64,000 bases of DNA from contig NW_003314283.1 of the NCBI RefSeq assembly GCF_000143415.4, forward strand, positions 1,602,330 through 1,666,329, read 5' to 3'. Positions 55,531 through 64,000 of this stretch are shown here, piece by piece. The DNA is from Selaginella moellendorffii (Eukaryota > Plantae > Lycopodiophyta). The translations under genes were made by a program, and so were the position numbers. The number at the start of each line of letters is the position of its first letter. Positions within the stretch are counted from its first letter, which is position 1. The notes beneath the pieces were generated by a model. That model searched no databases and was not told the origin of the DNA. It worked only from the letters and a program-made list of their open reading frames with translations.

Positions 55531-56098
55531 ATGGGATGAAATTAGTAAGGCTCACACATATGCTTTCTCTGTAGTTGATAAATGTTTAAAGCAGATCAAA
55601 TATAATTCTAAACCATTTGGAGGCATTACAATGATTACAAGTGGTGACTTTTGTCAAACCCTTTCTATTGTTCCCCATAGCCATAGAACCTCTATTATTT
55701 CAAGCTTAGTTAAAATGAATAGACTATGGTCACTCTTTACAACAGTAACATTAATAAAGAATATGCATTCAAGCAATTTTTATTTTTCTGAATGGCTTCT
55801 CAAACTTGGCAATAGTGATAGTAGTTTATAATTGCCATATCTCCCACTAGATATTATTAAAATACCACATGCACTATCTATCTCTACACCTATTATAAAC
55901 TTTGTTTTCCCAAATATAGAGACATTATAAAAACTTATATAGCTGAATCAAAGGTTATTCTCACCCCACTTAATGACAATACATTTAGAATAAATAATGA
56001 CATTGTTGGAAGACTACCAAGTGATCCATATGATTACTTGAGCATTAACATAGTTGACTCAAATCACCTTGAAGAGTTCCTAATTGAATTCTTAAATT
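55531..56098 (+). pseudogene. Helitron PIF1 helicase remnant
   Basis: WDEISKAH, PFGGITMITSGDFCQTL, FSEWLLKLG, ILTPLND, EFPNEFLN. Confidence 0.88.
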
Positions 56099-59000
56099 TG
56101 TCAAGACCCCCAACAAGATCAAGACTGGAAAATGCAGAAGACAAAGAGAAAAGCTAGTGGAAACGAAGAAGAAACCTTAGACTGGCGTTGATTCAGATTG
56201 TTGAGAAATGGAACAAGGCTAACTTATATATACTATAGGTTGATGAAGCTCCACCACTTTTGGATCGAGGATGGCCTAAATATAGCTGAGGTCGAGGAGG
56301 TGCTATATCATTATCAGGAATGTGGCTCAAGACTCAGGAATCGTACGGGAAATCAGAGAGTCAGAAATAGGGAAGTGTCTTGAGAATCAGGAATGTGGTC
56401 TGCAGGTCAGGAATCTAGCAAGATTCAAGAATGTGGCAAGAATTAGGGGATTCTTGACAGCACCCCCTCCTCAAGAACGAGTGGAACGAGGACATGAATG
56501 AGAATGAAGAGGAGGATGAGATGGGCGGCGAGGGACGGGAGATGGAGAAAAAGAATGAGGACTGGGATGAGAAGGATAGTGGTGGTAGAAGTCCTGAACA
56601 AGGTCAAGAGAATGAATCAGGTTGTTTGCAGGTTCCCAAGTGCGTTCCTCAAGTCTATAACCCTTCCAGTCTACCAAATAGTAGAGTTTAGGCTGTGAGA
56701 TCTTGGAATCAAGGATGTCCTGAACCTCGTACTCAAACCCATCCTCGAGTTGCACTAGTGGAGGCAAAAGAAGGACCTGATTTGGAATGGGACTGGGAAT
56801 ATAAGGCTCAAGGAGAGAGGAGTGAAAAACGGGGTGAATGTGATATGAGGAGGGAAGTGCAAGGCGATAAGTGATAGGATTAATGATGGTAGTGATAGGG
56901 AAAGGACTGAGGCGTTTGAAATTGAGTTTGGGACATGGTCTGATGGTGGAGATATTTCACATGAAGAGCCAGACTTTATCCCTGACATTGTAAGGGGGAC
57001 AATCCTGACAATGGACATTAGGACTGGGAGGGAACGAAGCAAACCTGAAGGACGGTGGTGAGGTATCTTATTCCGGGCGCAAGTGTCACAGGAGGTAATA
57101 AAAGCTTTGATGTAGTTGTCCATGGGAGGCCACCAAAAGTCCCATGCAACCAGCTCATAGGTTTTCGCAATGCCGAAGTGACCAACAGTTGGGCTATCGT
57201 GGCACGCCATCAGAACCAACCTTCGAGCATCACCTTCAGGAACGTAAAGCTGCTCCCCACGGTACAACAAGCCATCTAAGAACTCGAACTCGTCAAATTG
57301 CCGGCAGTCGGGAGTCACTAGGTGTCCAGCCTGAAGATGGGGGAAAATATCTTCGGCGAGGTCGTCGGATTGAAGATCATTTCTGATCCCATCCATCAAG
57401 GAGGAGTCCTGAGGGGCCAGGGAAATTGCCATAACTTGAAGCCGATTAGGACCAAGGATAACTTGGTCTTGTTGATTGAAGGCAGGATTACCAGGCCTGA
57501 GACTGAGATAAGAGCGCCTTGAAAGAGCATCAGGAAGGCCTTGAAGCTTTCCAGGTCTATACTTGATAACAAAGTCAAACTGACTCAGGAATTGTGCCCA
57601 CTTTGCCTAATGACAGCTCAAAACTCGGGAAGTGGCAAAGTACTCAAGATTTTTGTGATCCGTCCAGACTGTTGTTTGATGGCTCACCCCTTCCAAGAAA
57701 CGACGCCACTCTCCAAAGGAATCTATGATGGCAAGGAGCTCCTTGTCGCAGGCTGGAATTTCCGAGAATGGAAAGCAACCGGATGAAATTCCTGATCCAC
57801 TTCGAGTTGAGACAACATAGCACCGATGGCAAAGTTGGAGGCGTCAGCCTCGATGAAGAAAGGTTGTGAGGGATCAGCATGGATCAAGACAGGAGTAGAA
57901 CTGAAGGCCGCCTTGAGTGTGTCGAAGGCCTGCTGGGCAGGAGCAGACCAAGAGAAGGGAACATCCTTACCAGTGAGACCCGTGAGAGGAAGGACAATGT
58001 CAGAGTAATGATCAATGAATTTGCGGTAGAAGTTGGCGAAGCCAAGGAAAACCTGAACATCCAACATTGATTGTGGAGACTCCCATTCGAGAATAGTCTT
58101 GACTTTGGTAGGATCCATTGTGATACTCTCAGAAGTGACAATGTACCCAAGGAACTCCACAGACTCCTGATTGAAGGAACATTTCTCAAGCTTCGCGTAT
58201 ATGCCGTGTTCCCGCAGCTTCGCCAGTACCTTGCACACATGCTCGTCGTGCTCCTCCTGAGTTTTTGAGTAGATGAGGATGTCGTCGAGGTAGACGATCA
58301 CCATCTGATCAAGAAACTCCCGAAAGACATTGACCCTTAACCGATTGGAAAAGGGGGTGCGCTCTTGTTCATGGGCCCCTTTCCCTCTATATTTGAACCC
58401 TATGGATCGTCTCTCGAGTCGTTCCCTTTGGTTGCTTACAATCCACCATGCTTCCTTGCAAGTTCACGCCCTCGTGAACGGAAACTGAGAGCCGCAGCTC
58501 TCCCGAGAGCCCCGCTCTCTTGACACCCTACCCCTCAGGTCGAGCCCAGCGGGAGCAAACTGGACCAGCCAGATGTTAATCAACATGTGGTGTGATTCCC
58601 CTAGCCAGCCAGATGTTAATCAACATGTGGTGTGATTCCCCTAGCCAACCAACAGAGTCGGACTCGAGACCCCTCTGATACCAAATGTAAGCTCCTAAGT
58701 TTGGACTTCCTGGGAGGTCATCCAGCCCAGTACTATTCAAACCCAAGGACGCTTAACCTCAAATATCCCAAGACCCTTAACCGATTGGAAAAGGGGGTGC
58801 GCTCTTGTTCATGGGCCCTTTCCCTCTATATTTGAACCCTATGGATCGTCTCTCGAGTCGTTCCCTTTGGTTGCTTACAATCCACCATGCTTCCCTGCAA
58901 GTTCACGCCCTCGTGAACGGAAGCTGAGAGCCGCAGCTCTCCCGAGAGCCCCGCTCTCTTGACACCCTACCCCTCAGGTCGAGCCCAGCGGGAGCAAACT

Positions 59001-61564
59001 AGACCAGCCAGATGTTAATCAACATGTGGTGTGATTCCCCTAGCCAGCCAGATGTTAATCAACATGTGGTGTGATTCCCCTAGCCAACCAACAGAGTCGG
59101 ACTCGAGACCCCTCTGATACCAAATGTAAGCTCCTAAGTTTGGACTTCCTGGGAGGTCATCCAGCCCAGTACTATTCAAACCCAAGGACGCTTAACCTCA
59201 AATATCCCAAGACCCTTAACCGATTGGAAAAGGGGGTGCGCTCTTGTTCATGGGCCCTTTCCCTCTATATTTGAACCCTATGGATCGTCTCTCGAGTCGT
59301 TCCCTTTGGTTGCTTACAATCCACCATGCTTCCCTGCAAGTTCACGCCCTCGTGAACGGAAGCTGAGAGCCGCAGCTCTCCCGAGAGCCCCGCTCTCTTG
59401 ACACCCTACCCCTCAGGTCGAGCCCAGCGGGAGCAAACTAGACCAGCCAGATGTTAATCAACATGTGGTGTGATTCCCCTAGCCAACCAACAAAGTCGGA
59501 CCCGAGAGCCGCAGCTCTCCCGAGAGCCCCGCTCTCTTGACACCCTACCCCTCAGGTCGAGCCCAGCGGGAGCAAACTAGACCAGCCAGATGTTAATCAA
59601 CATGTGGTGTGATTCCCCTAGCCAACCAACAGAGTCGGACCCGAGACCCCTCTGATACCAAATGTAAGCTCCTAAGTTTGGACTTCCTGGGAGGTCATCC
59701 AGCCCAGTACTATTCAAACCCAAGGACGCTTAACCTCAAATATCCCAAAACCTTTAACCGATTGGAAAAGGGGGTGCACTCTTGTTCATGGGCCCTTTCC
59801 CTCTATATTTGAACCCTATGGATCGTCTCTTGAGTTGTTCCCTTTGGTTGCTTACAAACTGCTGGAGCATTTGTCAAGCCAAATAGCATGACAGTGTACT
59901 CAAAGTGGCCATATCGGGTTTGGAATGTAGTCTTCCATTCATCGCTAGAGCCTTGAGTTTTGATTGTCCGGTGAAAGAAAGGAGACATGGGATGTGGAAA
60001 TTGCGGGAATTGGTGGTGGCTTTGATGAAAGGTGGTGAGGAGCTTGATAAAGAAGAAAAATGATTTTTATTCGAGGAGTCCAAACAGACAGCTCCTACTC
60101 TGTTTAGACAAGATCGTTTCCCGACTGCAACAGAGGTGGACCTTGAGGTAGACTAAACTCGAGTAGTTGGGGAGGCTTCTTGGGACACACAGTTGCTTTG
60201 TGATTAGGATCAGCACAGTAGAGGCAAAGATTATGAGATATTTGACGTTGCTTCTCAGCAGGACTCAGCTTCCTTCTGATGAGTCAGGAAGTACCAGAAA
60301 TATCCATCGGAACCGGAGTAGTAGGTTCAAGAGTATGCCCCGAAGACTCAAGCTGGGATTCCTAAGTTTAGGATGGGAAAATGGTGGCGCGGTGACTTTC
60401 CTAACGACGTTCAAAGAGATGATTGTCACATCAAACAACTTTGTTGATGGCATCTGATAGGTCCGTGGGATCCTCCATGGTGAGTAACAAATCCTTGACA
60501 CCGTTGTTGAGGCCGAAATGAAATTGATCAATCAGGGCCCGCGCATCCCACTGAGTGTCCAAGGCAAGGAGTTGAAACTCTGCAGCATAGATTGAGGCAA
60601 GATGAGACCCCTAAGAGAGACGTCTCATCTTTGTGGTGGCAGCCTGAACCCGATCCGTCTTGCCAAAACATGCTTTGAGCTTCTCTTTGAAGAACTGAAG
60701 ATCCATCAGCTCCGAAACCACGACCCCTTTCATGCTCTTCTCTAGGAGAGGAGAAAACCATGACAAAGCTACACCTTCGAGCAACGTCCCGATCACACTG
60801 ATTTGAGACTCGAGAGTGGGGTACTGCCAATGTTGAAGTGCGAAGATCAGCTCCATTTGGTTTAGGAATCCGTGAAGCTCCAAACGCTTGCCTGAAAATT
60901 TTGCTAGGAAACTCACCTTCGGTTCTGGAACTTTGCTTGATCCTTGAGATGAAAGTGAAGCAAGCTCCTGCTGCATGCAAAGAAGGGTTGCCTTCAGCTC
61001 GGTATTCTCAAACTAGATTTTTGCAAGGACTTTGGCAAAGAAAACAGGATGGCTTGGAGACTCCATCGGCAAAGAAGAAAGAAAAGGGGGAAAAAGGCAA
61101 AGGCAGTCAAAAAATCAAAATGAGCTAAAGTAAAAATGAAAAAACACAATCTGAATCAAACTGTCAAGACCCTCAACAAAATCAAGACTAGAAAATGCAG
61201 AAGACAAAGAGAAAAACTAGTGGAAACGAAGAAAAAGCCTTAGACTAGTGTTGATTTAGATTGTGGAGAAATGGAATAAAACTAACCTATATATACTATA
61301 GGTTAATGAAGCTCCACCACTCTTGGATCGAGGACGGCCTAAATATAGTTGATGTCGAGGAGGCGCCATGTCATCATCAGGAATGTGGCTCAAGACTTAG
61401 GAATCGTATGGGAAATCAGAGAGTCAGGAATAAGGAAGTGTCTCGAGAATAAAGAATAGGGAAGTGTCTCGAGAGTCAAGAATAGGGAGAATCAGGAATG
61501 CGGTCTGCAGGTCAGGAATCCAGCAAGATTCAGGAATGTGGCAAGAATTGGGGGATTCCTAACA
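56099..61564 (-). mobile_element. Ty3/gypsy chromovirus (Tcn1/Tf1-sushi-like), internally deleted
   Basis: LTRs 56099-56459 and 61162-61564; TSD AAATT; PPT GAGGAGGGGGTGC; gag EPKVSFLAKFSG..LHGFLNQ; [29 protein letters not shown] and VYLDDILIYS; RNase [14 protein letters not shown]; integrase HHCC (CHDSPTVGHFG...CDTCAR); chromodomain EYEVQDILDS...YLVDWKGY...TWEP. Confidence 0.93.
58332..59856 (-). mobile_element. Tandem array of Cassandra TRIM (4 LTRs, 3 interiors) inserted in the chromovirus RT
   Basis: LTRs 58332-58440 (partial), 58686-58879, 59125-59318, 59663-59856; reverse complement of the 39614 element; PBS CTCTGATACCA precedes each full LTR on the plus strand. Confidence 0.92.
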
Positions 61565-62129
61565 AAATTCAATCTCCCTATTGGAACTCCTACTACACAA
61601 ATTAATTTTAAAACAAAATGTGATTTTGATTCTTATCAGGAACCATTCAAGAGTATGTGAATGGATTTATAGCAAAGAGGATACTGGTCATGGACATGGG
61701 TGATATGGATGCGTTATAAATTGGTTTATGCAATGGCACTTGCCTCATTCTCAAGCAAGCATCTCAAAATGTTTTATATTGTGAAATTATCAAGGGACAA
61801 TTCAAGGGATTGTGAGTTTTTATTCCATATATTACCATACACCTTCTGATGTTGAAATCCCTTTCAAGATGTTTTGAAGACAATTCCTAGTTCGTCTAGG
61901 TTATTGCTTAGCTCTTTCTAAAGCCCAAGGCCAAATTTTCAACTGTGTTGGCATTTACCTTCCCCAACCTATTTTCACATATGGTCAACTTTATGTTGCT
62001 CTCTCAAGGTGTAGATCACCTGAAAAACTTCGTGTTCAAGTGCTTGCAACCCCCATTCAAGGCAATCTTATACCACATGATTAACACTTTTACACTATGA
62101 ATAAAGTCTATGCTGAAATTCTTAAATAG
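61565..62129 (+). pseudogene. Helitron PIF1 helicase C-terminus
   Basis: SISLLELLLHKLILK...ILIRN, GLCNGT, RQFPVRLGYCLALSKAQGQ...VGIYLPQPIFTYGQLYVALSR, VYAEILK*. Confidence 0.9.
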
Positions 62130-62556
62130 ACTGACAAATACATGGCATAATTCCAAATCCAACCATGATTCCACAAAGCAGTAACCCTTGACTTGCAATT
62201 GTGAGTTTCAAGTCCACACCATAAGAAAGTTGGCACTGAGTGGTGTGCCATTTTGGTTATGGCAACATGCTATCAAGTTGCTAATAGTAGAGGTACAGTT
62301 TTCATCTTGTTGCTTCCTAACTATAGTTCTTATTGTAGTATAATGGTTTCCGGCTCATCCAAGGAGGAACCTCTCTAATAGGTTGTGGAGCAAGTATTAT
62401 TATGAAGAGGCAAATGTTTTATTTTGTGTATCTTCCCAGACAGAGCAAAATAAAAAAGCTTAGATGAAATGGAGTTACATTTAAACTTAGGCATCCAAAA
62501 AAGACCCAACCTAGGCAATGCTTGTCATAAATAAGTGTGAAGCAGTTAAAAATGGT

Positions 62557-62762
62557 TATAAAATCATGTAATATATAAGTAACACTTATACGTATTGGAA
62601 AATAACCCCCATTCACTGTTGTATGCATTTGCATTAAATTAACCATTTTTTCTCTTGCCTATAAAATCATGTAGTATATAAATAACACTTAGACATGTTG
62701 GAAAATAACCACTATTCACTGCTATATGCATTTGCATTGAATTAACCATTTTTTCTTTTGCC
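62557..62762. repeat. 103-bp tandem duplication
   Basis: TATAAAATCATG...TTGCC occurs twice, diverged. Confidence 0.85.
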
Positions 62763-64000
62763 TATAATTGTTTGTGCAAAGTGGAGTTGAGAGAGTGACA
62801 TATGCTTATTCTTACTCACGCCTTTGGGTTCGAGGCTGAGTTATCTTCTATTCTCATTCTATTCTCTTCTCTTCTTATCTTCTTTTCATTACATTTTTGT
62901 CTCTGTTTATTTATCACTATTTTTGTAGGCAAGGGCAACAATATCCAGAAAAAACATTACTCCCTTTTGGCAACCACAGTGGGATAAGCTATCACTCTTT
63001 GGCTTGAAAAATAGCTGGGAGAAAATCATTTATAAATTCTAAATGTTCCCAGAACTAGGAATTACAAGTAAATCTCTTTAGTGATTGTAAAGGCCTTTAA
63101 GCCCAAATAACACTAAACGAAAGAGTTCTTTCAATGGTTTAGTGCCCAAATAATGCAAGAAAGATAATTCTTGAACCATCATATAAGCCACAGAGCAAGG
63201 GACAAGTTTAAAATTCAAGTTTGGCATACATTGCTAAGAAATTCAAATTTAAATGGTTTTGCTAATAATTTTTTGAGAAAAATCCAAAAGAAAAAGGAAT
63301 GAAATTTGTTTGATGTGGAAAACACAATTAACTACTCTAGAATTATTTTCTTTTGAGCAAGTTCTCACTTGGGTTTTTAGAGGACACATTTTTTAATAGT
63401 GTATCACAATTTTTCTAGGCATACATAAGCAAGAAAATTAGGCATCTGTAACTTTTGTTTTCGACTCTAGCTTAAAGATGAAAAATAAATTGGGGAATTA
63501 TTTACCCAAATTTTATAAAGTTTTGACAAAGATAGAATTACAATTAGAATATGTGTTGTCTCAAAGTTTTGATCCAAAGTCCTTTCATTTGGACAACTAT
63601 TTAAACATGGTTTAAGAGTTGATTTGCCCCGAGTTTAAGTCTTCTACACATATTGCAAGAGCCTATAAAACTTGAACAAGACTAACAAATCAAAAATTTA
63701 GAAGTAATTATCACGAATTGTTCTAACTATTCAAATTGCTCTACGTCTAATACACCTAAGCGAATCAATCAAGGAGCTTACAAATATTACTCGGTGTGAA
63801 AGGTGTCACTCTCTTATAAATTTTAAAAGCACTCACATCACATCTCGGCCTATAAAGAGGAATTAAAGGTAGTCATGTGAAATGTGCTCTATATCCCCTA
63901 AAGTGAGGCATAGATAAAGAACAAATATACAAGTGAATAAATGTGAAAATCTACCTTTTAAACTAGTTGAGTGATGCTCAATTAGGGGAAATACTCACCA

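Larger units (their letters stand above)
29664..64000 (+). mobile_element. Decayed autonomous-type Helitron with nested LTR insertions; 3' end not identified in the window
   Basis: Candidate 5' end A|TCCATATATATAAAG at 29664, where similarity to the paralogous F-box upstream sequence (27200-27215) stops. Rep/helicase remnants at 44.5-62.1 kb rejoin across TSDs. Boundaries are less certain than the coding remnants. Confidence 0.65.

Noticed and set aside
58632-59812. Three near-identical 67-aa ORFs; CRISPR-like regular repeats
   Set aside because: They are Cassandra tandem units; there are no unique spacers or cas genes, and the context is eukaryotic.
63955-63985. Helitron 3' end at CTAG|T near a TTGAG/CTCAA hairpin
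   Set aside because: The hairpin is downstream of CTAG on the Helitron strand and AT-rich; the expected GC-rich hairpin upstream of CTRR is absent.

Overview
Eukaryotic land-plant nuclear DNA. The very short (about 45-60 nt) GT-AG introns, tight gene packing and Tcn1-like chromovirus suggest a lycophyte such as Selaginella (inference, not verified). There are three zones. (1) 1-17.1 kb: compact genes, all on the minus strand: an RNase PH/exosome-like gene, PSRP1, an intronless SF3B2, a coiled-coil gene, the LRR receptor kinase EMS1/EXS, a FAS1-domain gene and organellar threonyl-tRNA synthetase (ThrRS). (2) 17.1-29.6 kb: a shuffled duplication zone built from repeated pieces of four genes (ThrRS, a PGM-like histidine phosphatase, NOMO/nodal modulator, F-box). 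It includes an in-frame ThrRS-exon1::NOMO chimera, a ~1.5 kb near-loopless inverted duplication of the PGM-like gene, and internal inversions. (3) 29.7-64 kb: a decayed Helitron (Rep/PIF1 helicase) carrying four-deep nested LTR elements resolved by their target-site duplications (TSDs). These are two non-autonomous LTR families, solo LTRs, 5S-rRNA-bearing Cassandra-type TRIMs (one single, one tandem array) and a chromovirus with a Tf1-type self-priming site. All calls come from reading the sequence and from recalled family motifs; no searches were run.
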